From an uncultured Candidatus Saccharibacteria bacterium (GTDB lineage: Bacteria; Patescibacteriota; Saccharimonadia; Saccharimonadales; Saccharimonadaceae), in contig CBDFCT010000001.1 in NCBI GenBank assembly GCA_965246155.1, positions 3,501 through 67,500 of the forward strand: a stretch of DNA of 64,000 bases, written 5' to 3'. Position 1 is the stretch's first letter, and each line of letters starts with the position of its first letter. A model generated the notes under the pieces. The model was not told the DNA's origin and made no database searches. It saw nothing but the letters and a program-made list of their open reading frames with translations. Made by a program: the position numbers and the translations under genes. Below are positions 1 to 9,387 of the stretch, piece by piece.

Positions 1-887
1 AATATATTCGTCAGTTCAACCAGCCGATCACCCAGATCGCCAATCTGACCGGCTTGATCCAGTCGATCATAGCCGCCAGTGAGAGAGTCTTTAGCTTTAT
101 CGATCAGTCGGACGAGGCAATCACTTGGCAAAAAGGCGGTCAAACCATTAGCCAAGTCACGGGGCAGATTAGTTTCGACCACGTTAAGTTTGGCTACGAC
201 TCGGACCGACCTGTCATCCATGACCTTAGCGTTGAGATTAAACCGGGTCAAAAGGTCGCTATAGTCGGACCGACCGGCGCCGGCAAGACCACTATCGTAA
301 ACTTACTGATGCGCTTTTATGACCCTGACGAGGGTGCCATCAAGCTGGACGGCGTCGACACCAAGCAGATATCTCGGCACAATATTCGACGTAACTTCGG
401 CATGGTTTTACAGGATACGTGGCTGTTTGAGGGGACGATCAAGGAGAACCTTCTCTATGGTAAACCGGACGCCAGCGAGGAGGAGCTGCGAGTTGCTATA
501 GAGACGGCGATGGTTGATCATGTCATTAAGTCACTGCCTGACGGCATGAATACTATCCTGGGTGAGAGTGCTGATAACATCTCAGCTGGCGAGAGGCAGC
601 TCCTGACGATCGCTCGGGCGATGCTGGCCAATGCCCCGATCACCATCTTGGATGAGGCGACCAGCAACGTCGATACTCGGACGGAACGACTAATCCAGCA
701 GGCGATGGACAAGCTGGTCGAGGGGCGCACCTCCTTTGTCATCGCCCATCGCCTCAGTACTATCCGTAACGCCGATCTGATCTTAGTGATGGATCATGGC
801 GATATCGTCGAATCCGGTACTCACGATAGCTTGCTGGAGCAGAATGGATTCTACGCCAAGCTATACAACGCCCAGTTTGCCCATTAG
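1..887 (+). CDS. ABC exporter, C-terminal ATP-binding domain (5' end outside window)
   Basis: Frame is open from nt 3, so the TTG at 54 is internal. Walker A GPTGAGKTT, signature ISAGERQ, Walker B ILDEATS, H-loop AHRLST. Confidence 0.9.
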   Translation, partial: YIRQFNQPITQIANLTGLIQSIIAASERVFSFIDQSDEAITWQKGGQTISQVTGQISFDHVKFGYDSDRPVIHDLSVEIKPGQKVAIVGPTGAGKTTIVNLLMRFYDPDEGAIKLDGVDTKQISRHNIRRNFGMVLQDTWLFEGTIKENLLYGKPDASEEELRVAIETAMVDHVIKSLPDGMNTILGESADNISAGERQLLTIARAMLANAPITILDEATSNVDTRTERLIQQAMDKLVEGRTSFVIAHRLSTIRNADLILVMDHGDIVESGTHDSLLEQNGFYAKLYNAQFAH

Positions 888-930
888 TAGTGAAGCCCAA
901 CCCTAAGGGTATCTTTGCTATAATCTAGCT

Positions 931-1563
931 ATGGAAGACAAGATTAGTGCGATCAAGCAGTGGCTAGGTAACGACGCCATCAATATATTTGGTATTCAAT
1001 TCTCGGGCAAGGATACGCTGGGCGTACCTCTAGCCGAGAAGCTGGGGGCAAAGTTCATTAGTAGCGGTGACCTGGTGCGCTCAGCTATGAAAAGCAGTGA
1101 TGATCAGCGGATTCGTCAGGCGGCAATCGACAGCCAGCAAGGTATCTTGACGCCGACTGATGAGTTTCGTCAGCTTATCGCCCCACATCTCAGCGATAAG
1201 CAGCTGAGTAATCAGCCATTGGTGCTAGGCTCGGTGGGTCGCTGGATTGGCGAGGAAGAAGTGGTAATGGAGGCGCTGGAACGGGGTGGGCATCGTCTCA
1301 AGGCGGTGATAGTGCTGAATATTTCGGAGGCTGAAGTTTGGCGACGTTGGGAGCAGGTCAAGGATGAACGTAACGGTGGCCGGGCGGATGATATTAGCAA
1401 AGAACGGGTGCAACGGCGCCTGGATGAGTATGCCGAAAAGACCGTCCCGGTGATTCAAAAATACCATCAGTTGGGGCTGGCACTTGACGTTGATGCCGGC
1501 GGGACGATTAAACATACTTTCGATAGTGCTATTGATCAGCTATATCGGCTGGCCGGCCGCTAG
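931..1563 (+). CDS. Adenylate kinase-family protein (divergent paralogue, short LID)
   Basis: Collinear with Adk: GIQFSGKDT at the P-loop position, ISSGDLVRSA (cf. ISTGDMLR), GSVGR (cf. DGFPR), RADDISKERVQRRLDEY. TGCTATAAT ends 6 nt before the ATG. Confidence 0.6.
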   Translation: MEDKISAIKQWLGNDAINIFGIQFSGKDTLGVPLAEKLGAKFISSGDLVRSAMKSSDDQRIRQAAIDSQQGILTPTDEFRQLIAPHLSDKQLSNQPLVLGSVGRWIGEEEVVMEALERGGHRLKAVIVLNISEAEVWRRWEQVKDERNGGRADDISKERVQRRLDEYAEKTVPVIQKYHQLGLALDVDAGGTIKHTFDSAIDQLYRLAGR

Positions 1564-2016
1564 CTAGAACCATTTGAAGGCGAAATAGTTTAGGGCGATG
1601 AGCGCCATTACCAGTATGATCACGATGATTAGCTTGAGCTTATGCGGGCTGGCCCGGCGGACTGATTGGTGGTCGAAATAGACGACTCCGGCCAGTCGAC
1701 CGTTCACTGCGACACCTAGGGTCGGCTGAGCTTGAGTATCACTCGGCAACCCCTTGATCTTACTCTGCCTCAGAAAATCAAGCTCGCCGACTAATATTCG
1801 GCGTCGGGCGACGGTGGCGTATACGCCGTGGGCGGAGGGTCGCAAATTACGAACCGGCGCAGATTGAATCCGGCAGTCATGACTATAGCTTGCTAGATAG
1901 TCTGTATATTGGTTGCGGTAGACTGTCTGGACGGAAGCAATCAGGGCAAGTACCGTCTCGCGGTCATACTGCGAGACGGTCTCGATCTTTTTAAGTACTA
2001 TTTTGGTCTGATTCAT
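1564..2016 (-). CDS. Hypothetical tail-anchored membrane protein
   Basis: 150-aa ORF with one C-terminal hydrophobic helix (LIIVIILVMALIALNYFAF). TAAAAT box 6 nt upstream of the ATG on the minus strand. No family recognised. Confidence 0.45.
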   Translation of the reverse strand: MNQTKIVLKKIETVSQYDRETVLALIASVQTVYRNQYTDYLASYSHDCRIQSAPVRNLRPSAHGVYATVARRRILVGELDFLRQSKIKGLPSDTQAQPTLGVAVNGRLAGVVYFDHQSVRRASPHKLKLIIVIILVMALIALNYFAFKWF

Positions 2017-2031
2017 TGTTATAATTTTAGC

Positions 2032-2697
2032 ATGTCTGTGGATAATCAGCGGCTGCCATATGATAAGGTGGTTCAGGCGGTCTTGGGGCGAGCCAAACGA
2101 ACTAAGTCAGATCAGGTAAGCCGGAGCGAACTAGCGATTATTCTTAGCGAACTAGCTCGGGTGCTGGGTCGGCAAGTAGCCGGCGCAGTAGTGGAGCTGG
2201 GCTGCTATCGGGGCGCGACAAGCTTAATGATGGCTCAGCTGTTGGTTGAGCTGGCACCGACTAAGCAACTTTACTTGTACGATTCATTCGCCGGATTACC
2301 GAGCAAGACCGAGTACGACCGGTCGGCCCTGGGTGACGACTTTCAGCCGGGAGTGCTTAAGGCGAGCAAGTCAGAAGTATTAAAGGCTTTCGCTCATGCT
2401 AATTTACCCCGCCCGACGGTCAAGAAAGCTTGGTTTAGCCAGCTAAGCGGTGATGATCTGCCGGAGCAGATCTGTTTTGCTTACTTAGATGGCGACTACT
2501 ACGACAGCATCAGGGATAGCTTCAGAGTTTGTCGGGGTCGGCTAACCCCCGGTGCTACGCTGGTAGTCGACGACTACGACAACGCTAGTTTGCCCGGTGT
2601 CCGACGGGCAGTAGATGAATGGCGGGAGGCTGGCCTTAGTGATATCAAATCTTTCTGCCCAGTCGATAGTCTGGCGGTGATCAGGCTTATGGTATAA
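2032..2697 (+). CDS. Class I SAM-dependent methyltransferase, TylF/MycF (macrocin O-methyltransferase-like) family
   Basis: Motifs VELGCYRGATS, YLYDSFAGLP, AYLDGDYYDS, GATLVVDDY. Start moved from 1909 to ATG 2032 (TATAAT 2020-2025 plus 6 nt), because the longer ORF overlaps the divergent gene. Confidence 0.7.
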   Translation: MSVDNQRLPYDKVVQAVLGRAKRTKSDQVSRSELAIILSELARVLGRQVAGAVVELGCYRGATSLMMAQLLVELAPTKQLYLYDSFAGLPSKTEYDRSALGDDFQPGVLKASKSEVLKAFAHANLPRPTVKKAWFSQLSGDDLPEQICFAYLDGDYYDSIRDSFRVCRGRLTPGATLVVDDYDNASLPGVRRAVDEWREAGLSDIKSFCPVDSLAVIRLMV

Positions 2698-2705
2698 TTT
2701 TACTA

Positions 2706-3341
2706 GTGAAAATATCAGGCGGAGTAATGGTTATCAGGCGATCCGAACACTGGGTGATCTGGTTTTTGCTGGTGATTAGCCTGGCGGGTCTGGCAGTGGC
2801 TAGTGCCTTTTTCCTGCGTCAGAACAATCTCAATATGGTTAAGCTGCGGGACGAGCTGGCGCAAGCAGATAAATCCGGCAAGGTCGAGGTGGTTAATCAG
2901 GCGGCTCGTAAACTACAACGCTACGTGGCCGGCCATATGAATACAACCACAGGGCGGGTTGCCCTACAGACGTTATATAATCAAGCTGCTCAGAAGGCTC
3001 TGGAAGAGGCTAAGCCGGCTGAAGTTGATAGCTCGGGCTATAACCTAGCGGCTAATGCGTGTCGATCGCAGCTAACCAGCTATGGTTATCAGTCGTGGGC
3101 CAGCTGCGTGGCTAATCGAGTTGGCATTCGTCAAACTACTGAGCTAGCGGGAGCGACGATGCCCGACCCTGATCTGTACTACGTGGAGTACGCTCCGGCG
3201 AGATGGAGTCCTGATTTTGCTGGTATAACCTTAGTGTTGCTGATCGTCAATGCGATCATCCTGGCTGTCAAGCTGGTCTCGATGATCGTCGGAGCGATAC
3301 GTCAACGCTTGCGGCGATCAACCTTAGCTAACAGTAGTTGA
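2706..3341 (+). CDS. Hypothetical membrane protein (N- and C-terminal TM helices)
   Basis: 211-aa ORF with TM segments near both ends. TATAAT 2693-2698 lies 7 nt before GTG 2706. ATG 2727 is an alternative start. Confidence 0.5.
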   Translation: MKISGGVMVIRRSEHWVIWFLLVISLAGLAVASAFFLRQNNLNMVKLRDELAQADKSGKVEVVNQAARKLQRYVAGHMNTTTGRVALQTLYNQAAQKALEEAKPAEVDSSGYNLAANACRSQLTSYGYQSWASCVANRVGIRQTTELAGATMPDPDLYYVEYAPARWSPDFAGITLVLLIVNAIILAVKLVSMIVGAIRQRLRRSTLANSS

Positions 3342-3395
3342 CAGTAGTAGCCGGATAATATACTCTGGAGATGTAAGTTAAGAAGGAGGATATCA

Positions 3396-3614
3396 ATGGC
3401 AGCTTATGAATATGTCAATTCAAGAGGAGTGACATTCTATCTACATGAAAAGAAAGTGATCATCAAGGGTAATCGAGAGCAAACGATCCATTTCTTCGCT
3501 AAGAACATTGGTGGTCGTAGCGGCAAAGAGACTCCGATTGATGCTGTTCCCGCTGATTACTATGTGGTCGAGAATCCTCGCAACGGCTTTCCTACTCTAA
3601 AGAAGAAGAAATAA
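3396..3614 (+). CDS. Small hypothetical protein (72 aa)
   Basis: Strong SD AAGGAGGA 5 nt upstream of the ATG. Followed by a hairpin plus T-run. Confidence 0.5.
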   Translation: MAAYEYVNSRGVTFYLHEKKVIIKGNREQTIHFFAKNIGGRSGKETPIDAVPADYYVVENPRNGFPTLKKKK

Positions 3615-3647
3615 CCCCTTAATATCCGTTAGGATAACAAACGTAAA

Positions 3648-3676
3648 ATACCCCCGGCTAAAGTGGGGTATTTTTG
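3648..3676 (+). terminator. Rho-independent terminator
   Basis: ATACCCC / GGGGTAT stem, about 10-nt loop, then TTTTT. Confidence 0.5.
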
Positions 3677-3687
3677 TATTATAAATC

Positions 3688-3763
<76 letters not shown>

Positions 3764-3774
3764 ACTTAGAGCTA

Positions 3775-3801
3775 ATTATAGCATAGCGGTGATGCTATAA
3801 T
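3775..3801. promoter_or_regulatory. Divergent promoter pair formed by a perfect 10-bp inverted repeat ATTATAGCAT-N7-ATGCTATAAT
   Basis: TGCTATAAT reads outward on both strands, one copy toward the tRNA (11 nt from its mature 5' end) and one toward the ftsB-like gene. Confidence 0.6.
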
Positions 3802-4206
3802 GTGGTTGTGCTTGATAGATTAGGGCGAAAGTTTGTGCATTTCTGGACTGTTAGCCGATTGGTGCTAATGGTCGTTATTGCTGCTGTGGCGGTCTGGATG
3901 GCGATGGTTATCCAGGTGTTAAATAATAATTACAAGCTACAACGTCAGGTTGATAATGCTAAGCTGGATAGCCAGATGCTTGAGCTGGAGAATCAAAATC
4001 TGCGTCTGGAGCAGCTCTATTACCGGACAGATGAGTATATGGAGCTATCTGCTCGGTCACTACTAGGTAAGGCTCTGCCGGGTGAGCACTTGGTTGTCTT
4101 GCCTCGTGCCTCACATACCGGTAAGGCCAAGCGGTCCGGTAGTGTCGTAGCGACCAAGTCAAACTTTGATCAGTGGCTGGATTTTCTATTTGGTCAAAAT
4201 AGATGA
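3802..4206 (+). CDS. Septum formation initiator (FtsB/DivIC-like)
   Basis: N-terminal TM helix, then a coiled coil (LELENQNLRLEQLYY) and the family-typical ...DEYMELSARSLLGKALPGEHLVV. The likely true start is GTG 3808 (TATAAT 3796-3801 plus 6 nt). Confidence 0.6.
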   Translation: MVVLDRLGRKFVHFWTVSRLVLMVVIAAVAVWMAMVIQVLNNNYKLQRQVDNAKLDSQMLELENQNLRLEQLYYRTDEYMELSARSLLGKALPGEHLVVLPRASHTGKAKRSGSVVATKSNFDQWLDFLFGQNR

Positions 4207-4219
4207 TAGAATAGAAGCA

Positions 4220-4660
4220 ATGAAAAGAGAAAAGGGATTTACCGTTGTTGAAGTCGTGGTGGTGATAATCATCCTGACGACCTTGGCGACATTTTTCATC
4301 TTGCAGCGTAGTAGTCTGGAGAAGGCAAATCGAGACCAACAGCGCAAGACTGCTATCAATGCCATGTACTACGCCCTAAGGGAGGGTTATCATCGTGAAC
4401 ACGGCAATTATCCGCTCCGGATTAGCCGAGAACAGCTACCGATGATTGACCCGACATTATTTACAGATCCGTCCGGCTATACTCTGAACGGAGATAAATG
4501 TGTCTACACCAACATCCAGGGTGAACAAAAGACTAATGGTAAATGTGAATACCGCTATAGTGCCACCGACTGCGACAGTGATGGCAAGTGCAAGAACTTC
4601 ACGCTGACCGCCAAGCTGGAGGCTGAGGCGGACTACACTAAGTCAAGCCACAAGAAATAG
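4220..4660 (+). CDS. Type IV pilin / pseudopilin-like protein
   Basis: Prepilin N-terminal cleavage/methylation motif MKREKG|FTVVEVVVVIIILTTLA with Glu at +5. Cys-rich C-terminal globular part. Start moved to ATG 4220. Confidence 0.75.
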   Translation: MKREKGFTVVEVVVVIIILTTLATFFILQRSSLEKANRDQQRKTAINAMYYALREGYHREHGNYPLRISREQLPMIDPTLFTDPSGYTLNGDKCVYTNIQGEQKTNGKCEYRYSATDCDSDGKCKNFTLTAKLEAEADYTKSSHKK

Positions 4661-4674
4661 CTAACTCTAGCCGG

Positions 4675-5319
4675 CTAGCTTGATGACGGTGGGTTGGATT
4701 GGTCGGTCGGGCCGTGGTATTTAGTAGTCTGCCCTTCATCAACCTGTTGGACGACGTGGTTGACGATGCGGAACTGCTCCTTGGGACGGTCAACGAAAGT
4801 GAAGACATAAGTCTGCTCGTCGCCGATGGTACTTAGTCTAATAGAGCCGTAGTTGAGGATAGTCTGGATCGGGTTAGTCTGGGCGTAGCTGCAGTCCTCG
4901 ATGTGCTCGATCTCGACATTTTGATTACGCTGTGAAAAAGGGGTGTATTGGATGCAAGCGAAGATCCGTTCGTTAGTGACGATAAAGGTATTTTGGCGGT
5001 AAACCTGAGTACCGACAATGCCACAGAGCAAGGTAAGGACGATGGTTCCGACGAATAGCGATGCTTCTGTAGTGAAGTCGATCTTGATCGGCGAAGTGCG
5101 ATCAATCAAGATAGTCACGATCGCCATAGTCAGAAAGACCGCCAGAGCGAACAGCCAGATCCGGACAATACCCCAGAAAGAGCGCTCGACATCAATCACC
5201 ACATACTCCGTCGGCGAAAACTGAATATCAGGGTAATCATGGACGCTACGGTCGTGGTCGGCTTGCTCGGCCGGTGTAAGGTGGTTGGGATCGGAAGGGA
5301 CAGGTGGGTTATCGTTCAT
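4675..5319 (-). CDS. Membrane protein with bacterial PH (YdbS/YdbT-like) domain
   Basis: Two TM helices followed by ...FIVTNERIF...YGSIRLST...YVFTFVDRPKE, the typical bPH_2 layout. TGCTAGAAT lies 6 nt upstream of the ATG. Confidence 0.55.
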   Translation of the reverse strand: MNDNPPVPSDPNHLTPAEQADHDRSVHDYPDIQFSPTEYVVIDVERSFWGIVRIWLFALAVFLTMAIVTILIDRTSPIKIDFTTEASLFVGTIVLTLLCGIVGTQVYRQNTFIVTNERIFACIQYTPFSQRNQNVEIEHIEDCSYAQTNPIQTILNYGSIRLSTIGDEQTYVFTFVDRPKEQFRIVNHVVQQVDEGQTTKYHGPTDQSNPPSSS

Positions 5320-5358
5320 AAGGCTATTCTAGCATATTACCGTCGGACGCCGGGCTAG

Positions 5359-7146
5359 CTACGGTGTGGTCATAACCATCCTGGTGGCGCCGGTCCAGTT
5401 ACCGGTCGCTTGATAGCGATTGCCGGCGTCGATTAGAGCTGCCCCTGAGTTGAGCATTCGGACGTTAGGCTCGGTGGCGTAGATCAGACTGGGCTGGTAG
5501 AGAGCGATGGCAGGGCAGTCCTTGAGCCACTGGTGAACAAAGGCGACATAACGAGCTTGACGAGCCTCTGGGTTAGTATTGCTACGTCCTGCCGATAGAG
5601 CGATCTCAGCTCGTCGAGAGCGGTAATTAGCTAGGTTGAGTCCTGATGCCTGAGTCTGGGTCGATGACCAGTAGGCAAACATATCGGGGTCGGCGCCGAG
5701 GTGAATCTGGTAGACGAGCACGTCGTAATTGCGGGGTGCCAGGTAATTTTGTTGTGCTCCGCTGGGCGGAATGGCTCTAACTTGAGCGTTAACCCCGAGC
5801 TTCTTCCACTGTTGAGCGATTAGGCGAGCGACGTTCTGATAGTTGGTGTCGGCGATGGTGATAATATTGAGATTAAGCTGGACGCCGGACTTTTGGCGAT
5901 AGTCGCTGCCTTGAGGTTGAACCCATCCGGCGCCATCCAGCATCTTCTTAGCCTCCTCCAAATTGTAGTCCGGTTGCTTCAGCTGATCGACTTGATCGTA
6001 TACGCCGGTGGCAATCGGTGTCTCCAGTGCGGTTGGCTCGTGAAGCCTACCGTCACTACCGCTGAGAACCTGTTTTCGGATGGCGTTGCGGTCCAGCCCC
6101 AGGCGTAGAGCTCGTCGGACGACGGGGTCGCCGGTCAGGTCGGCTTCGTTGTTAAAGATGGCGAAGATTCCATCGGCGGTCTTCAGCTGAATTAGCTTGA
6201 AATTGTGCTTTAGCTGAGGCAGGCTGTCAATCTTAACTCCGCTGATAGCGTTAACCTCACTACTGATCAGTCCTTTGATAAGGGAGCTATTGTCGTTATA
6301 TGTTCTGATGGTAAAAGTGTTTAGCTTAGCCGGGTCACCGTAATAATTTGGATTAGGCTGGAAACGCCAGGTGGATGAGTCGCCCGACTTCTCAGTGCTG
6401 GCAAAGCTAAAAGGTCCGGCACCGACAAGCTTAGCCGGCTGTTTATTGGAGAGGTCGGCTATCTCTATGGCTGACTTACCTTCCAGGATATGCTTGGGTA
6501 AAACTCCGAAAGTCAAAGCAGAGTCAAATGACATCAGTGGAGCCGGTAGAGTGAACTCCACTGTCGTGGTATCTTTGGCGGTGGCGGTGATGGTCTGCCA
6601 GCTACTGCTAATGGTGCTATTGATCTCAGGCTTTTTCATTAGCGCTAGAGTGTGTACCACGTCTGAAGCAGTCAAGGCTTGACCGTCAGCCCATTTAAGA
6701 TCCGATCTTAGCTTGGCCGTCCAGGCTTTACCACTGTCATCGTGCTGCCATGAGTGAGCTAGCTGTCCATGGAGCTTGTTGGCGCTATCGTAGGATAGCA
6801 GCCCCGGATAAACCAGCTGACTAGCTGCTTTCTCGGTGTCGGTATTTGCATAGAGAGGGCTGATAGTGGTTAGCTTATCTACCACTCCTTCCACATAGTT
6901 ACCACCGGGAGCAGTCGCTTTTACCATGGTTCGACTGTTCATCTGGATGGCCTGGGCGAAGCAGCAACAGATCAAGAGTAAGATCAGACAAAGCCACAAG
7001 ACCACATCTCGGCGGACTGCTCGGATGTGGTCTAGTCGACCGGTGATGAAGTGGCTGGTATGTCTAGCAACCGAGCTAGTAGCTCGATCGACTTGTCGCC
7101 GAGCCTGCTTGACCCACTTGCTACCGGCTGAGCTCTTAGTTATCAA
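5359..7146 (-). CDS. ABC transporter substrate-binding protein, family 5 (peptide/nickel type)
   Basis: 595 aa with an N-terminal TM/signal, and length and motifs typical of the OppA/DppA family. TTG start with SD AAGGAG. No cognate permease lies nearby. Confidence 0.75.
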   Translation of the reverse strand: MITKSSAGSKWVKQARRQVDRATSSVARHTSHFITGRLDHIRAVRRDVVLWLCLILLLICCCFAQAIQMNSRTMVKATAPGGNYVEGVVDKLTTISPLYANTDTEKAASQLVYPGLLSYDSANKLHGQLAHSWQHDDSGKAWTAKLRSDLKWADGQALTASDVVHTLALMKKPEINSTISSSWQTITATAKDTTTVEFTLPAPLMSFDSALTFGVLPKHILEGKSAIEIADLSNKQPAKLVGAGPFSFASTEKSGDSSTWRFQPNPNYYGDPAKLNTFTIRTYNDNSSLIKGLISSEVNAISGVKIDSLPQLKHNFKLIQLKTADGIFAIFNNEADLTGDPVVRRALRLGLDRNAIRKQVLSGSDGRLHEPTALETPIATGVYDQVDQLKQPDYNLEEAKKMLDGAGWVQPQGSDYRQKSGVQLNLNIITIADTNYQNVARLIAQQWKKLGVNAQVRAIPPSGAQQNYLAPRNYDVLVYQIHLGADPDMFAYWSSTQTQASGLNLANYRSRRAEIALSAGRSNTNPEARQARYVAFVHQWLKDCPAIALYQPSLIYATEPNVRMLNSGAALIDAGNRYQATGNWTGATRMVMTTP

Positions 7147-7157
7147 GATAAAGCTCC

Positions 7158-7379
7158 TTAGACCATCATACTGCCGAGCAGGCTAACCACAAAGACAACC
7201 GCCAGGATAATCGTAGTGTCGTACAGGTTCTTCTCTAGTCCTCGTCTGGTAGTAAACAGCTCACCGCTGGCACCAAAGCCTGCCCCGAGTGAGGCACCAC
7301 GTGCTTGTAGCAAGATGCACAGGGCAGTGAGACTGGCGCTAGCTACTATGACAATGTTTAATATCTCGTTTAATTTCAT
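7158..7379 (-). CDS. secG: Preprotein translocase subunit SecG
   Basis: 73 aa with two TM helices flanking LLQARGASLGAGFGASGELFTTRRGLEK, a SecG-type Gly-rich loop. Confidence 0.8.
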   Translation of the reverse strand: MKLNEILNIVIVASASLTALCILLQARGASLGAGFGASGELFTTRRGLEKNLYDTTIILAVVFVVSLLGSMMV

Positions 7380-7756
7380 ACTCTCTCCTGGTTTAATTCA
7401 ATCGGCGTTAGGCTGTTTAGCAAATAGTTTAGCAGACTAAGGATCAGACTACTAACTATAGCCCAGCCAAAGCTCATGTGGATATTAGGTAGCATAGCGA
7501 TAGTCAGCCAGATCATCAGCCCGTTAATAACCAGAGTGAATAGTCCCATGGTTACTAAGACAAAAGGTAGCGACAGGGCAGTGACCACCGGTTTGACGAT
7601 GGCGTTAATCGCTGAGAAGACCAAACCGGCCAGCAGAAAGGTTGCGACAGACATCGGTATTGAGTTCAACGTGTCGTAGCCGAATAGTTGTACGGCTACC
7701 CATAAACCTAGCGCACAGACAAACCACCGAATAGTAAAGGATAACGTTCTCTCCAC
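7376..7756 (-). CDS. 4-TMS phage-holin-family / DUF360-like membrane protein
   Basis: 126 aa, four TM helices, motif NAIVKPVV...LSLPFVLVTMGLFTLVINGLM. A 4-nt ATGA overlap with secG. Confidence 0.55.
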   Translation of the reverse strand: MERTLSFTIRWFVCALGLWVAVQLFGYDTLNSIPMSVATFLLAGLVFSAINAIVKPVVTALSLPFVLVTMGLFTLVINGLMIWLTIAMLPNIHMSFGWAIVSSLILSLLNYLLNSLTPIELNQERV

Positions 7757-7768
7757 GGGGCTATTATA

Positions 7769-9286
7769 TCATAGCCGGGACTTAATCTGGCGGGCTAGCT
7801 TGGCTCCGACCACCCGAGCTAACTCGGCTTCCTCGCTTTGTCTGACCTGCTGAACCGAGCCAAAGTGTCGGAGCAACTTGCGCCTGGTGGCAGGGCCGAC
7901 ACCGGGGATACTTTCCAGTAGGTTGCCGGTTTGACCTTTAGCCTTAAGGCTACGGTGATAAGAGATGGCGAAGCGATGTGACTCGTTGCGTAGCCGCTGG
8001 AGGAGCTTCAACAGATCGGTGTAACGATTGACGGTTGTCTCACCTAGCATGGTGAAAGAATGACTAGCGGAATGATGCGCCCCCAGGTGAAAGTTTAGGC
8101 TATAGTAGTCGCTCCGGTCGGTGACTAGTACGCCCGGCTCGGGGTTGGCTAGGAGGTACTGAATACCTTCGGGCTGGATGTGGCTATAGTGTTTACTGAC
8201 GATCAGTTCATCATTGCGCTTAGCTAAGCCAACTAGAGGGATATCAAGTACTAGCCGGTGTACAGCTCTGAGCTGAGGTTCACCGCCATCAACGACGATC
8301 AGATCAGGTATCCCCCAACTCAGATGGCGAGGTGAGAAGCGTCGCTCCATTACCTCAGCCATAGCGGCAAAGTCATCGTTGCGATGCCGGCGAATCTGAA
8401 ACTTACGATATTCTCGCTTGTCGGCTACTCCGTTGGTGGCGACCACCATTGCTCCAACCACGTTCTGACCGCTCTGGTGTGAAATATCGTAGCATTCCAG
8501 GCGACGAGGGATGTCCGCCAGCTGAAATAGTTGCTTAGCCTCCATTAGTGCCTTGTCTTTGCTAATATCCATAAACTCATCTCGTCCGAAGATGATTTGT
8601 CGACGTAGTTCATTTAGACTGGTTAGTTTATTGCGTAGCCTGAGGGCAGTTTCGTAATCTTGCCGATCGCTAGCTTGTTTCATCTCCCCGGTTATCTCTC
8701 GTTGGAGCTTGACCCGCCCGCCTTTGAGGTAGCGTACCAGCTGATGTAGATCAGCTCGATAATCGGCACTGCTACCACTCGGCACTAAGCCCAGTTGTTT
8801 TAGTAGAGCGGATTGACGGTCGCCGGGCTTAGTCAGATAGGGAAAGGTCTTGCGCAGGTAACGTAGTGCTTTTCTGAGCGGTGCACCGCCGTAGAAGGGG
8901 CCGATGTAGTCTGCGCCGTCATCGGCCGGTGCCCGAGTGGTGGCAACCAGAGGATATTCATCATGAAAATCGATACGTACGTAGGAGTTATTCTTATCAT
9001 CACGTAGCAGGATATTGTATTTTGGCAGGTAGCGCTTGATCATCTCGTTCTCGAGAAAGAGAGCATCGATCTCGGAGTCGGTCTCGATCCAGTCTGTCAT
9101 GGCGATATGCTGAACCAGCTTGGTGGTCTTCAAATCTTTGGGGCTACTGTTAAAGTACTGACGGACTCGATTTTTGAGTACGGCGGCTTTACCCACATAG
9201 ATGACCTCGCCCGACTGATCCTTGTGAAAGTAAACACCGGGTGAAGCGGGTAGAGTCTTGAGCTTGTCAGCTAGAGCTTGATTCAT
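7769..9286 (-). CDS. uvrC: Excinuclease ABC subunit C (compact form)
   Basis: GIY-YIG N-terminus (GVYFHKD..VIYVGKA..LKNRVRQYF) and C-terminal (HhH)2 IPGVGPATRRKLLRHFGS. Start set to ATG 9286 (CATAAT plus 6 nt) rather than 9328. Confidence 0.9.
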   Translation of the reverse strand: MNQALADKLKTLPASPGVYFHKDQSGEVIYVGKAAVLKNRVRQYFNSSPKDLKTTKLVQHIAMTDWIETDSEIDALFLENEMIKRYLPKYNILLRDDKNNSYVRIDFHDEYPLVATTRAPADDGADYIGPFYGGAPLRKALRYLRKTFPYLTKPGDRQSALLKQLGLVPSGSSADYRADLHQLVRYLKGGRVKLQREITGEMKQASDRQDYETALRLRNKLTSLNELRRQIIFGRDEFMDISKDKALMEAKQLFQLADIPRRLECYDISHQSGQNVVGAMVVATNGVADKREYRKFQIRRHRNDDFAAMAEVMERRFSPRHLSWGIPDLIVVDGGEPQLRAVHRLVLDIPLVGLAKRNDELIVSKHYSHIQPEGIQYLLANPEPGVLVTDRSDYYSLNFHLGAHHSASHSFTMLGETTVNRYTDLLKLLQRLRNESHRFAISYHRSLKAKGQTGNLLESIPGVGPATRRKLLRHFGSVQQVRQSEEAELARVVGAKLARQIKSRL

Positions 9287-9387
9287 ATCCCTATTATGGC
9301 ACAGCCGGAATGCAGTATGGCTCGTCATGGTCTCAGGAAGAGTCAGCTATAGCCAGGCGTAAAAGCCGACTCTGACTGGTGAATGGG

